Assembly (NCBI GenBank): GCA_040954595.2
Contig: CM082591.2
Span: forward strand, 8,812,001-8,876,000
From: Balanoglossus misakiensis
Lineage: Eukaryota; Animalia; Hemichordata
Length of the DNA: 64,000 nt
Direction: 5' to 3'
How positions within the stretch are numbered: the first letter of the stretch is position 1; each line of letters starts with the position of its first letter. A model generated the notes under the pieces. It saw only the letters and a list, made by a program, of their open reading frames with translations, searched no databases and was not told where the DNA came from. A program made the translations under genes and the position numbers. Shown here in pieces: positions 13,561-27,736 of this stretch.

Positions 13561-16500
13561 TCTAATTAACATAAAATTTACATAATCATAGCATCTTTCG
13601 AACATCACTATGGCCCCCTCATCATTGATATAAATTATTATAATGGGTGTCTGCAGTGTGCTCTCTTTCTAGTTAAGCAGTCAGGCCTTAAATTGTTTTC
13701 GTTTGCTTCCTTGTTTACCAGCACATATGGCACACACACCCCTGTTGAGCGGACCAAGGCCCTTTGAAATGATGTCACTCACATGCTAGAGATATCCTCC
13801 CCCCCCAAAAAAAACAACAACAAAAAAATTGGCAACGGGGAGATATAGTACCCCCCCCCCCCCCCCCCCCCCCTGTTTATGCCATCCTGGATGAAACACT
13901 GCCTGCCCATGCCAAGTTCACAAGTTTTCAGTGCAGGTTGTCTTTTACATCCTACAACATGTATATAATTTTCAGAAATTGGACATATCCTAGGACATCT
14001 CAGATTTTGTGTTAAGGTCATAAACTGTGACAAGTGAATCTCTTTGTATGCTGCGTACACCTATCAGCTATCAGGAAACAATGTGTGTTAGCGCCGGCTA
14101 TTTTTTACACTCAGAGTGCGCCCGTGGTGCCCAGCAGTATGCCAGAAAGTGCTGTTAGAGGGTGACATGAGGTAGATTCATCTAAATTTTCAGTTTTGAA
14201 AGCAATTTGCCCAGCAGTTGTTGATTTTCTGAGTTTTGACAAATTTTACATTTTCCCAGCTTATTAGACAAACTCCCATCTACAGCCCTGCCTGCATATG
14301 CACACTAAATATCAAGGTGATATGCTAGTGGTTTCCAAGTGTTTGATGTGGACGGACATACAGACATACATCCATCCATACATACATACAGGTGAAACTG
14401 ATCGCCATAAGGTCCCGTGGTATAAATACATATACCAAATGGGCCGAAAAATTCTGATAAAATTCCTACATACATACATAGAAGTCAGCAAGAGGGGAGG
14501 GTGGGCTGGTGCTCAGTGTCTATTTCTGTTGCAAATTATAGTGCAAAAACCACTTATACCTTGGACAACACATTTTAGCATTAACTAGCTATGGAGCTCA
14601 AATCAGTCGCTTGAACAGCTTTTTCCCTACTGCACTTCACATGTTACATGATGGTAAACCATGTGCTGTGAAAGTTCATCAATCTCGTCTCCCATAGATT
14701 TTTTCATTCCACATATCTGAAGTTGTTGTGTTATACCTAGACACTGTTCTTTTCATTCTGTTTGTACGTTTTTCTCAAACCTTTTCTGTAATGCAATGTT
14801 CTTTTTTTATCTTGAAACACCACAACACATTTCTTTGTGCATGCAATATCAATTATATATGACAGTAAAAATTATTATTATTATTATTATACCACAAGTT
14901 GTGCTCACCAGAAAGTGATCTTCGATGTGGCCAGCGTCTTCTCACTCTCCTCCTCACAAGTTTAAATGCTGACATTTAATTTTAAGACTGTGAATTAAAT
15001 ATATGCATATTAATTAGTTACCAATCATAACCTTGCTATAGAATTCTGCCATACTAATTACTGAAAATATGCTAAATATGGTATAATGTCAGGTCAGACT
15101 GTGCTATGATAATGCACAACAGTGGAAAATTCATCAGGGAAATGTGTCACAGTGTTCTTTGAAACAGAAATCTTGAAACTCAATTTACATCAGGACTGCA
15201 GTAAAGAAGGTTTACATGGGTATACCAAAACATGGAAATCAAGTGATAAGTGAAACTGAAATATCTGTAAACAACAGAACATGTACACGCACTTGGCATC
15301 TATGTAACACTGTACAAGGATTACGTTATGGTTGTTGTGAAAAAGAAAACTTTCATTTGATCCAACTCACTCTTCATAAAACTGATTAGCACAAATATGT
15401 ATATTGGTAGCGATTATAAAGCAAACCTTGACATTTAAGCTTTGAATATCAGTATACTGAAATGTTTCAAACGTGGCTGTCAGTATACCTCATGGCTTGG
15501 TGGCAGACGTATATGCCAACCGTAGCATAGACTGGGCATGACAGCAACTGCAGACGATTTGAGGCAGCACCTGTGAATCAAATAGGCAAAGAAATCAGTA
15601 TTAGTAACCATTCATAAAACAGCTTTAGCATATGCCACTTATTATTCAAAATATACAGGATGTGCAATCATGTGGCCAAGTAATCCATACATTGAGGCTT
15701 AAGATAATTTGGTATTTATCATCTGATACACTTATTATCCTTGTGCCACAATGCCAACATCGGGACATACAGACACTGGTAGCTAATATAACAGTCATAA
15801 TGCTAAAAAATCTAACAGCAATTACAATTCTGATAAATCATGCAATCAAATCCCCTATCTAATAGTCACGACTGGTCAGTTTCTTCGCTATCACCTTGCC
15901 TTAAAATTGCCTGTCTCAAAAGTTAAACTGTAGTGTGTTATGGTACCACCACCATAGCAAAGCCGACACGAAGCCCACAAACAACATGTTACTGAGTGGT
16001 GTTTATGGGGGCCTAGGTAAGAAATATTAGCAAAGGCGTAGAATCAATATCTTCGAGATTGAAAACAAGGCTGAAAAGCTGCAAAATCTCTATAATTTAA
16101 TAGTGCAACAGGTTAGCTTATTTATTCATTTATTTACTTGTTTTTTTATTTACAAATATGGTCACATTTGTTGACATGTTAGAGTTAGAATTTATTCAAC
16201 GTTTAGGATTACAGTTTGGATTATTTCGCTCCACAGCACCACTCCCTGTGATCTAACTGCAATTTCAGAATTTTCCCGAAGTGGGTTTCCGTTGGTTTTC
16301 AAAATGGTAAGCGGGAGTACAAACACTCGCTTACTGCAAGTTTTTCCTGATATTTACTTGTTTGAAAGCAAAAATTTGGAATAAAATTTTGCTCCATGCA
16401 TCAAGAACGTCAAAGCCCAAATGATTTCAAATGCAAATTTACCAGTACAAGAACGAGGCACCGTCTGCAAGTCGAATATGCATATTAGTTTCTACTCAAT

Positions 16501-17210
16501 CATAATCTTGCTTAAATAGCATTACATCACTCTAATTAGTCAAAATATGCAGTGCAACGTATGTGTGCAGATGGAAAATACACATCACGTCAATGAATGC
16601 ACACAAACTGAAATCTTTATTGACAAATTCTGTCACAGCATTCTTTCGAAATGGGATTTATAAACTCTATTATCTCAGTACCGCATTAGGCTACAGAAGC
16701 GTAGGGCAAATCAAAATTGGGACAGGCTATTTTTTTATTTCTTAAAATCTTTGTACTGCTAAAACAATTGAAAACTAGTTTATTTTAGCAATAAAGTAGA
16801 AGTATAAGCATGGAAAGAACAGCCATATTCTTTTGCAGCAAAGCTAAATTATTTATCTGGTTAAAAAGTATATCAACTCATATTTAGGGTTTATAATACT
16901 TGTATATACATCATGGGGTGTTAAATTATGCAAATTAGTATTTAAATATACTCAATTATGACAATATACCTGTTTCTATAAAAACATTAAGCTTTTACTA
17001 TCAAATTTTTGCACTATAAAGGTGATTTCTATCTGTTACATTGATAATTGAAATCATTTGGCGACCATTTTTATTCTAATTATCTCAAATTTCACAGTAC
17101 TAACACAGCTCCAGTAACCATTTCTTTCTCTCTGGTGATCTATGCAAGTAGAATCTGCTTTAAAAAAAACTCTGAAGACACTTTTACAAGGTTCATCACA
17201 AAATGAACTA

Positions 17211-19230
17211 TATTGGTTAACTTGAAATAGCTTATGTACATAATTATTGTGTTAAAGTTTAATACTTCATTAGGTGTTTGAGTCCTCCAAATTTGAAGGC
17301 AGTATCTGCTGTGCATGCCAACTTATGGAAAAGTAGATCAAAGGTCATTGCCAAAATTATCAAAATATTTGGGTTATGTCCTGGCAGCAGTAGTACTCAT
17401 GTGAACAAAATCATGACTGTTGTGCTTTTTAACAAGAGGCATATCCACATAAAATAAGTTCTGGAATAACTGGATCAAAGGACAAGCGAGAGTCGCAAAC
17501 AAATTGTTTAATCAATTTCTGTAAAATCTTGATCAAAGAAGATGTGAAAGTAGTCTAATAATTGTGATATATTCTGGTCATATGGTGACTCATATCCATA
17601 AAAAGAATTTGTGTGGTTTCAATGAATAGGCTAGAAATAGGAAATTTTAGTCTTTTATCGGAGATCAGAAAATCCAATTTGGCTCCAATAAGGTTTACCC
17701 AATCACAATTTACTTGAAAACTTGAGTAGAAAAAGATTTGTGAAATTTTTCATGAGATTTTTCAAAAATCCAATATGGCAACCAAAGTGACATGACCACT
17801 AATGATATTATTGTCAAACATTGAACCGCACAGTAAATTAGAACTTGATTTGCCTTGTAGTTGTTGAAAAGATGTCAATTTTCAAGGGTTATCAGAATAT
17901 CCAATATGGCCACCATTAAGAAGAAATGGGACAGGCCCAAGCGGTTAGCATGGTTCCAACAGAAAGCAAAGGCTGTTTTGTTGTGGATTCCAAGCAATGA
18001 TAAGTTAGCAAGAGGTCACGCAAAATTGTGACACAAATTTTTGATCTTAAACTGATAAGTATCCAACAAAAACCACACTTCTATAAAGCTCTATTTGTTT
18101 ACTTGAAATAGCTTATGTACAAAATTATTGTGTTAATGTTTAATACTTCACTAGGTGTTCCAGTCCACCAAATGTGAAGGCTGTATCTGCTGTACATTCC
18201 AAGGCATGGGATAGTAGATCAAAGGTCATTGCCAAAATTATCAAGAGATTTGGGTTATGTCCTGGCAGCAGTAGTACTCATGTGAACAAAATCATGACTG
18301 TTGTGCATTTTAACAATAGGCATATCCACGTAAAATAAGTTCTGGAATTACTGGATCAAAGGACATGCGAGAGTCGCAAACAAATTGTTTAATCGAGTTC
18401 TGTAAAAACTTGATTAAGGATATGTGAAAGTAGTCTAATAATTGTGATATATTCTGGTCACATGGTGACTCATATCCATAAAAAGAATGTGTGGTTTCAA
18501 TGAGTAGGCTAGAAATAGGAAATTTTAGTCTCTTATCGGAGATCAGAAAATCCAATTTGGCTCCAATAAGGTTTAACTAATCACAATTCACTTGAAAACT
18601 TGATTAGAAATAGATTTTTGAAAAAAAATTTATGATATTTTTCAAAAATCCAATTATGCATCCAAAGCCACATGACCACTACTGATATTATTGTCAAACA
18701 TTGAACCGCACATTAAATTAGAACTTGATTGGCCCTGTAGTTTATGAAAAAATATGTCAACTTTTAAAGGTTATCTGAAAATCCAATATGGCCGCCATGA
18801 AGAAGACAATTAAAACATTAACTAAAAGCAGCATTGAAGGGACCAAAATGGTTAGCATGGTTCCAACAGAAATCAAAGGCTGTATCTGTTATGGATGCTG
18901 AGAAATGGCAAGTAAGCCAGAGGTCACGCAAATTTGGGCCAACAAATTTTGATATCAAACTAAGCTGTGTCCAACAGAAAACATACTTCTAAGCTCTATT
19001 GGTTAACTTGAAATAGCTTATGTACATAATTATTGTGTTAAAGTTTAATGCCTCATTAGGTGTTTCAGTCCTCCAAATTTGAAGGCTGTATCTGCTGTGC
19101 ATGGCAACTTATGGAAAAGTACATCAAAGGTCATTGCCAAAATTATCAACATTTTTGGGTTATGTCCTGGAAGCAGTAGTATTCATGTGAACAAAATCAT
19201 GACTGTTGGGCTCTTTAACAAGATGCATAT
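17211..19230. repeat. Tandem repeat, ~880-905-bp unit, about 2.3 copies
   Basis: Unit start TATTGGTTAACTTGAAATAGCTTATGTAC at 17211, 18092 and 18997; copies are colinear with moderate divergence. Confidence 0.9.
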
Positions 19231-19695
19231 CTATGTATAATTTACTTCTTAAAAATAATGTAAATGACACTGTGGTGCCATTTGGGGATAACACAGAAAT
19301 TAGGTATTCGCCAGAATTAAAATAACGGACGACATTGGCAAGCATATTTGGCATTACTATTTAAATACTACAGAAACTATGCCCAATCAAGTGTTATGTG
19401 TCACAGCAATCTTACAAGCAGCACTAAAAAACAACAACCGATTTTTGTCCAAAAACTGTCTGTAAAAATACATGCAAGTATGACAAGCTAATTAGTCCAA
19501 TCAGACAGAGGCATTCACTGACCTACCACCAGTTTATAATAAAATAGCTGGTGGTCCCTGTAACAGCTGGACCATAAAAATTATATAAGGAAGTTCAGTT
19601 AAAAATTTACTCCAAGATTGCCGTTTATTTTTCTCATAATTTTTGTTATATATCTGTCTTGAAATTGAAGAAAGTACTCAGATTTTAGCATGGTT

Positions 19696-20601
19696 CTCAC
19701 TCACATGAATGCTGGCATCTGTGTTGACAGGTTGACCCCAACATTGCGTGGTGGCTTGCTAGGAAGAAACGTTGTCTCCTCTGAACAGTTGCCACAGGTA
19801 AACGGGCCCACAGCAGACGAGTTGATTTTAGCAGGTGCCAAGCCTATTGGCCAGCGCTGGGAATACACAAAATATATTGATGCAATGAATGAATGAACAC
19901 AATACGTGGTGGCTTGGTAAATCTAAAACGGACTGGTTACTCCACTGAAATTCAGCCTAAGTCTGTGTGATACGCAACTCAGACCAACTCAGCTCAGCTC
20001 ACATGGCGCGTTGAATTAATCATTTGTTTGCCAGACGGTCTTATTGGACCCCCCAGTTTACATGGCCTGTGAGGGCGTACTTTACAGAAAATATAGGGTA
20101 CTTTCTCCATTTTTATTACAGATCTAAAATAGGCATTATGAATTATTCAGCAAAGACAACATCAGTCCTGATACTCACTCACATGAATGCTGGCATCTGT
20201 GTTGACAGGTTGACCCCATCATTGCGTGGTGGCTTGCTAGGAAGAAACGTTGTCTCCTCTGAACAGTTGCCACAGGTAAAAGGGCCCACAGCAGACGAGT
20301 TGATTTTAGCAGGTGCCAAGCCTATTGGCCAGCGCTGGGAATACACAAAATATATTGATGCAATGAATGAATGAACACAATACGTGGTGGCTTGGTAAAT
20401 CTAAAACGGACTGGTTACTCCACTGAAATTCAGTCTAAGTCTGTGTGATACACAACTCAGACCAACTCAGCTCAGCTCACATGGCGCGTTGAATTAATCA
20501 TTCGTTTGCCAGACGGTCTTATTGGACCCCCCAGTTTACATGGCCTGTGAGGGCGTACTTTACAGAAAATATAGGGTACTTTCTCCATTTTTATTACAGA
20601 T
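19696..20601. repeat. Recent direct duplication of ~428 bp (19696-20123 and 20174-20601)
   Basis: Near-identical copies CTCACTCACATGAATGCTGG...TTATTACAGAT, period 478 bp. Confidence 0.95.
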
Positions 20602-21559
20602 ATCTTAGTAGGTTATAATAAAGAAAATTATCAAAATCGGTTCACCGGTTTTCAAGGTACAAAGGCATCAAATAATACTGAGATTCTCAAGTATCTTCAA
20701 CATTTTTCAAAGAATTTTACCCAATTATATAAAAATGCAAGATTCACAGAAGATTACGTCTTTCAGTTTTACAGGAGATCATCTTGTAAAAAATATATCT
20801 CTACTTTTTGCATGGCACCATGGTAAAATATGAAAATTTGCAATTTTTGATGTTCCGTATCTCAATCAGGTTTGATCTAATTGTTAAGAAATTTTCAGAT
20901 TATATTACAATATATGTGCAGATACACATAGTGACTTAAGTTTTTGATATCTGGATTATAATTTAAATTCCCAGGCTCTCAAATATGGTTAACCCAGCAT
21001 TTTAACATAGCAAATGGGCAGCCATATTGGGTTGACATTTCATTAGATGGCAATATTTGTTAATAATTTTTCTGCTGCTTTTATGATTCTTTTTTCACCG
21101 TCTTTTGTAACTCGCACTGAGACGTATGTGTAGTGCGTGTAAGAAATAAATATTATTATTATTATTATACACTGCAATTTGCTGAAAATCAGTTCAATCA
21201 CTGTAGTAAGCGGAAATATTTAAATTCTTGTAAATTTTTAGCAATCATAAAGCTGATATTACTACCAAAATAATATTTTATACAGTTACTTCTGGACGGC
21301 AAAAATTGCCATCATTCAAGTCAAAGTCTCAGATCGGCCCTTATGCTTGCCTGTGTCGAGCGGATATCAAAAGTGGAGAAAGTTGGATAGTTTAATTTCT
21401 ACATGTTACCTGTACTATCCTTGTAGACTATTACCATTAACAAGAATTTCATATTAAATTTTGGTATGATATGCATGGAAAGACTGGCTGGCTATAAATC
21501 ATGAAAATGGATGCCGTTGCACCATACGGTTTTTACTGCACACACACGTATTTTAAGCA

Positions 21560-21864
21560 AACTGTGTCTTTCATGTATTCCACTTTTCTCCCTTCCTTGC
21601 TGGCTTTCTCTATTTCTTTTCTGACTGTGTCTTTACGAAATTACAGATTTTTTGGTAATTCAATTTCTGGCTCAAATAAATGTACTAGAGCTGGTAAGGT
21701 TTCCTGAACATTAATCCCTGTATCTTTAACGCAGGTGTGTAAGTTCATATAAAGTTCATTGGTTAAAGGAATATTATGAGCTGATAAATTTACTAAGCTC
21801 TTCTTTCCAGTTAGAAGCTCTGCTATATTATCAACTACTCTCAATGCTACTTCAATAATGTTGC
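21560..21864 (-). pseudogene. Decayed coding-like exon of unknown identity
   Basis: Acceptor TTTGCACAG at 21865-66, then reads GNIIEVALRVVDNIAELLTG...IELPKNL*FRKDTVRKEIEKASKEGEKW with in-frame stops. Confidence 0.35.
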
Positions 21865-23579
21865 CTGTGCAAATAAAGAATCAAAATATCCATTAGTTAG
21901 ACAACATATTTGGTTGGGTAATTACAGAATAATTACTTAATTCCATGCATACTCTACCTAAACTCAAACTAGAATATATAACTGAAATTATAATTATACA
22001 CAGGTCTATGAAATGATAAGAAAATGTATAATCTAGGAAAGAACACCCATGGGCATTCAGCTCTTAGCAGATAACATCAGTCACTTTGAAGACATGTCAC
22101 TTCCCAGACTTTACTAAAAAGAACTTGAAGTGAAACTCATCTCCAAGTTGCAAACACAATATTATTATATACTGTTAGAGATTTAAAATGGTTTAAGTGA
22201 AAAAAATAAAGAGATGTAAACACCCCTGCCATTTATTCAGTGCCATGTAATGCTGCCATTATGCACTGATTGACTCTAGCCACTTTCCCAGTAGGAGGAA
22301 AAAGACTTTAATGGCAACACCAACATATGACGTTAACAAGCGGGAAGAAACGAAAGTTACTCAGTTTTTGGCATTTTATTTTTATTTGCAAGATCGAGAA
22401 AGTTTAGAAATCAATCAAATTACACAAAATGTCCCACTTCGTATGGTGGCCATATTGGATTCTAAACTCCCTAGTAATATAAACATATAGTGTACTTAGT
22501 GAGTCTCAGTATAGGGTAATCAACACAATGAGACAAAAACTTGGGTTACCCATTCGAATATTCGTATCAAATTTCAAAGCAATCCCATATGCAGTTTCAG
22601 AAAAAAATCAGTATTTTCTCCAAAATTGTACAATATCTTACTTCAATCGCTTCAGGGAACATGCCTACCATAGCTCAAGGCAATCTGACATGCAGTTTGA
22701 AAGAAAATAATTTTTGATGAAAAATTCCACAACTTTCACACACAAAACGCAAATATGTAAATTTCAAGTATTTTTTTTAAACATCTCATTTAATTATCAT
22801 TAAGGAACAGGCCTACAAAAATTTGAAAGCAATCTCACCAGCGGTTTTAGAGAAAACATTTTTTGACCAAAAATGGCAAAAATTGCTACAAAATTATAAA
22901 TATGCACATTTTTCATCAACCAGGTTTTCATCAACTGGGACCACACATACAAAAGTATGATTCAAAGCAACACGACTCTTGGAGAAAAAATGCTTGTCAC
23001 CCTGGTCAAAGAATTGGCTTTACTAAAACATCAAATTGGTTATCTCTCAAAGCTAAAAGGGTTATCACCAACAAACAGATTACAATGCTGAGTTAAAATG
23101 TTTAAGACATTTTCTTTATTTGTGGTTTTGATTTTATCGGTTTTCCCAATAAAAATTAGCATAATTTTTTAAGTATGACAACGGAGAGGTGGAAATCTCA
23201 CCAGAAAAGCGAAAATACGCCAACCACATGTAAACAGTAAAAAGGTTACGAAAAAACAAACAAACAGAAAAGCGAAAATACAGCAACCACGTTTAAACCG
23301 TAAAATAAAAAAACCTTGCAAATACCGAGTTGTCTCATATAAAAACCTCAAAAAACGTATGGAATTATGCATGGAAAGATACGTCGTCTTCCGACCTTCC
23401 GCTAAACAAAAACTATACGTATGGAACTATCGTTCCGTCCACCAGCAAAGAGACTTTCCGGAGAAAAACGTTCTACCCGTACCATATGTCGCCACAGTGA
23501 CGTGCCATTTTGCCACAACCGTTCGACAGTATGGTCGACTATTTTGACACTAAACATCCTGCAGCGCTGATATCCTTTT

Positions 23580-24060
23580 CAATCTCACAAACTGGCCCTA
23601 CGTGCGCTTAGGCAAGAGGCCTAGCAATAAAATTCTCACAAAATATAACCCTATAAATATGACTAGACTTTCTCGATTATGACTTCCTGGTCTCCTGATT
23701 CGGGAGCCAGCGCAGCCATACCCAGAATAGCCGAGAGGCTAGCTGCACGCCCGTAGCTCGGAATAGTTTCTGGAATTAGACCTACTTCTGTACAACTACA
23801 AGGTGTTGTACGGATAGCTGCAAATCACCCAATACCAGAAAAAACAATCGAGCGACGGTAACGTAGCTATATAGGCGATTGTACTAAAAGCAACGACTGG
23901 AATATGAGCTTACCGAAAAGACGTCTTGATCCCGCGGCAAGTAGAAGGAAAGTGGTCAATACACGGCGTCGCACACCGGAAACGGGTCAATGATCACCTG
24001 TTGTTATGGTGAGTAGAACGTGTTACCCAATCACAGACCAAAGTAAGCATTACGACACAC
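23580..24060 (-). promoter_or_regulatory. CpG-enriched promoter-like / first-exon region
   Basis: Locally CpG-rich; ETS-like CCGGAA/ACTTCC motifs; minus-strand donor GTAAG at ~23909-23913. Confidence 0.3.
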
Positions 24061-24431
24061 TAATGAATATGCATACATGCTACAGCTGCATATTTTATTT
24101 CTTTAGAACGCTCTGGAACATGCTCGCATTCGAAAGAATATCTCATTTGCTTCTTGAGTGTGAGTGCATCATCGTCTACACAATAAAAATCGGGGGGGGG
24201 GGGCACAGTGGGTAATTTCTACCACAACCACGCATTTCAAACCAGGCAAGCGAACTGCAAACTTCCGGTGTCTGAGCAAGGGGTTTGATGTGCCTTGTGT
24301 TGTGCACACTATAATACTTATGTGTCAGTTTGGTCAGTCAGACCACGATACCCGAGATCGTAAAATGCTTGGGTTAGGTCGTCGAGGAGGCTGCAACTGC
24401 GGCCACAGGTCAAGTCGGTGTGTGTTGTAAA

Positions 24432-24694
24432 AGACGTATTTCATGTGGGACCAAAATTTGTGTCATAAACCCCTGCGTCGCTCACGGTGATTGGTAGCTC
24501 TAATGTCCCTATGTCCCCTTTCCGTGCAGTCATTGGCTGCCTATACGTCATTTCGTCTCATTAGTATTTACTGTTTCGAATTCAGCTCATTCATTGGCTG
24601 CTTTACGTTCTGGTCCCTTGCCTCACTTTCGAGTGTTCATTGCCTCGTTCTTTTATGTGCTCCTCACCGTCACGTAATATGCGGGACTAGCCAA
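24432..24694 (+). repeat. Left terminal inverted repeat (263 bp)
   Basis: AGACGTATTTCATGTGGGACC...GGGACTAGCCAA; reverse complement of 28351-28613 with about 5 mismatches counted by eye. Confidence 0.92.
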
Positions 24695-25090
24695 AGACTC
24701 CCAGACTCCAGGTGTTTCAATCTTGACTTTGTGAAGCCGCCAATTTTCCCCAACTAAAAAGAAACGTGGGCCTAGGAGCGACGTGATTGAATCATGGAAA
24801 CTGTTTCGGGCAACAGAAACCCCAAGAGCATATTGACACTTTGCGATTTTTAAACCATCTTTTCATTTGTCCCCTTTTCAGTGTTTGTTTTGCCATTACC
24901 AAACACATTGTCAAGCTAACGCAAAAAATAAAATCGCGTGGCTGAAAAGTACTCGGTAATACCAATGTCTCTGCGCGCGCGCGCACACACACACACACGT
25001 CAACGCAGTTGCATATTTCGAATATAACAAGTACAAAAAAAACACATCATTATTTTATTTTAAAGATCTTTAGTAGATTTGCGCCAAGAC

Positions 25091-26218
25091 TCAACGCATG
25101 AAACGATACAATCTGATATGTCGCTGGGCTAAAAATGCGCACACTTCTACAATAATCGGCATTAGCCAACGTGGGTGCCGATAAACAGAATTAATTGCCC
25201 TATAAGTTTTCATATATTTTATGGCATGTTCAACATAAACTCGGGCAAAATTAAATTCTCTATTGAATACGAGCATCTTTGGGCGGTACGGACCACGCAA
25301 CTCACGGGTTTGAAATCTCGTTAATAGCGGATACATATTTGGGTATCCTTGGTCAGCCAAAAAATATACATCTCGTGGAATCTGCAATTCACCTTTCAAC
25401 CCTATCGATGGTAACAATCTGTACTGCATGGCATAATTAGCATGTCCCAGAAATCCCGACTGAATGAAAATAATGTTACATTGATTGTCCACAATAACTT
25501 GGGTGCTCATTGCATGATGACGAGCGCATCCACTGTAAAAGTTATGCTGTTCTTCAACTTCGGGACGATATATTTCATGTAGAGTACCATCGATTGTACC
25601 TACGGCATTAGGAAAATGTTCCCATTGTCCACGTAGTTGTCCAAAGCGTTCCAACGATGGCCAGCGGACGCTACGTCGAAAGTAATGCCAAATTAATGAG
25701 AGAAGGTGACGTATTTCTCTATGAATAGTCGTGTTGCTTACCCCAAACCACGCTGCTAGTAAGTCTAGAGTAGGATAATGCCGTAGCCAAATAAAAGTGA
25801 GAAGAAAACGATTTCTTGAATCCATGGCAGGATGACGACGTAGATTCGGTTCCAGGTCATGTATAATAACTTCCATCGATTGAATGGTTTCTCCAGTTAA
25901 CATCCAGAAATGGCGAGGACGTCCTTGTAATGATGTCCAAACATCTACGCCATTACCTCGGCCAATACCATCATCGTTTGAAAAAAGCAGGTTGTATATG
26001 GTTGGTGGTCGTCGTAAAGGTGGACGCAGGATGACACACAACAGACGTGTCAAGATCTGGATAAACGACAGATCATCAACCAACTGCGCTAGATGATACA
26101 CTTCCCGTTCTTCAGAATACATTGGGAGATGGATGACCACGGAGACTACAGACAATATCACCATCATACTTCGGATACAAGATATGAGAAGCAATATTTG
26201 ATTTCGCTGGAGCGGCAT
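25091..26218 (-). CDS. Harbinger/IS5-like DDE transposase (HTH + DDE_Tnp_4 type), 375 aa from first ATG
   Basis: Open ORF; HTH FLLTFIWLRHYPTLDLLAAWFGVSNTTIHR; catalytic motifs GTIDGT, LADQGY and ARVYVEHAI; polyA signal at 25054-25059 (-). The ORF-track start at 26266 is a GTG. Confidence 0.92.
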   Translation of the reverse strand: MPLQRNQILLLISCIRSMMVILSVVSVVIHLPMYSEEREVYHLAQLVDDLSFIQILTRLLCVILRPPLRRPPTIYNLLFSNDDGIGRGNGVDVWTSLQGRPRHFWMLTGETIQSMEVIIHDLEPNLRRHPAMDSRNRFLLTFIWLRHYPTLDLLAAWFGVSNTTIHREIRHLLSLIWHYFRRSVRWPSLERFGQLRGQWEHFPNAVGTIDGTLHEIYRPEVEEQHNFYSGCARHHAMSTQVIVDNQCNIIFIQSGFLGHANYAMQYRLLPSIGLKGELQIPRDVYFLADQGYPNMYPLLTRFQTRELRGPYRPKMLVFNREFNFARVYVEHAIKYMKTYRAINSVYRHPRWLMPIIVEVCAFLAQRHIRLYRFMR

Positions 26219-26703
26219 TTTGAATGATATTGAAGTTTGTGGTGTTCCGTTTGAAGATGCTTTCACGATGTGGGATTTGTCACATACACTAACTTGTACA
26301 ACCCTATTCTAAGCATGCGTTGCGAAATACAGTTTTAACATGTCTAAAGTTTCATTTGCATAACCGGACCGTTGACCAGTCACAAATAAGCAGGAGTGGG
26401 ATCACATCGCACTCCAGATGTTCAATTTTGAATGCCAATAGACACGGAGGCATCCACAAGTTGTTTCTTATTTCCCTTTTCATTTTTTGTATGGCTGAAA
26501 ATTAACCATTTATTTTCTACTTTTAATGTCATCAACCCTTTTGAAATAGTTTTCAGCAAAGTTTAATGTGACCAGAAATCATGTATAATTCATATGGCCA
26601 ATAAAACTTTGATTCGATTCTGTAAAATTAGTCGATCACACGAGGGATACCTGCAGATTAATAGGGAGTCAATTTGCCGTATCCGATTCATTTCGCGACA
26701 GCC

Positions 26704-27736
26704 ATGGCTTCTACGCGTACACCACGCTGTGTTGTAACGGACGCCGAGATAAATTTGATTAGGGCCGGGATGAGAATCCATAATACAAATTATGGAAATA
26801 TTGTCCATTTCATGAGACAGTACAGTCACCGTGGGATGCCAGCCAATGCAGTACGGCTCTATCAAACCGGACTGATGAAACCACTGCGTCGGCGTGTTCG
26901 AGATGTTGTCGCTAAACGTATCTCAGAGTAAGTTTTATTATAGTTTCAAACAGAGGGGAGTATTTCTCAAACAGGGAATGCACATGAAGTCTGTGAAATG
27001 TGAGTTTGACGGGTATTGTCTCCCAGAAAAGCACGAAATTTCGTATTGCATCTATCGCAGCCAAAGTTTCTGTGTTTCTCTATGTAACTCCTCTGCTAAT
27101 TTGCATATTTTGTCTTGACCGTTTCTTTGAATATAATTCACAAGTACATGTATGGCAAATATTGATATCTCCACTATCATTGAAATCTAGCTATGAAATA
27201 CAGTACGATTTTTAATATTCATGTGCCGTCCTGGTAATCAGTCAGCAATTTTTGTTTATAGCGTCCGACAAATGCGTGAACGGGAGATGAGGTATGCGGC
27301 GCTGAGAACACCGGAGCAGAGGGCACCGGTACAAGCACTGGCACCACGACCACCTCCACCACCACCACTGCCCCCGCCGCCGACACAAGCGCCTCCACCA
27401 CCACCACAGCCGCTACCGCAAGCGCCTCCACCACCGACACAAGCACCACCACCACCACCACAGCCACAACCACTTCTACCAGAAGATGAACCTCCTGCTG
27501 CCGATGAGCCCTTGGACCATCACAGGGAGCCCAATCCCGATGATGACGACGGGAGGGGGATCCCTGCACCAGAGGACGCCCAAGAGAGACCACCACAGGG
27601 CAGAAGACGGCTGTACCATCTAGTGCGAGAGGCCCATGAATTATATGTGGACTTCTTGAGAAACACTCTCCCTGACACTATGGCGAATGTAAATCGCACG
27701 CTGGATCGCCTCAACGACCACTTAGACAGATTGTGA
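26704..27736 (+). CDS. Harbinger ORF2-type Myb/SANT-like protein with Pro-rich linker; exons 26704-26927 and 27262-27736
   Basis: Kozak GCCATGG at 26704; donor GA|GTAAGT and acceptor TTTATAG|C join in frame (…KRISD VRQMRE…); N-terminus VTDAEINLIRAGMRIHNTNYGNIVHF resembles a degenerate Myb/SANT repeat; AATAAA at 27749. Confidence 0.75.

Noticed and set aside
19690-20374. Twin ORFs of 68 and 116 aa as a gene pair
   Set aside because: Explained by the 428-bp duplication; no recognisable motif.
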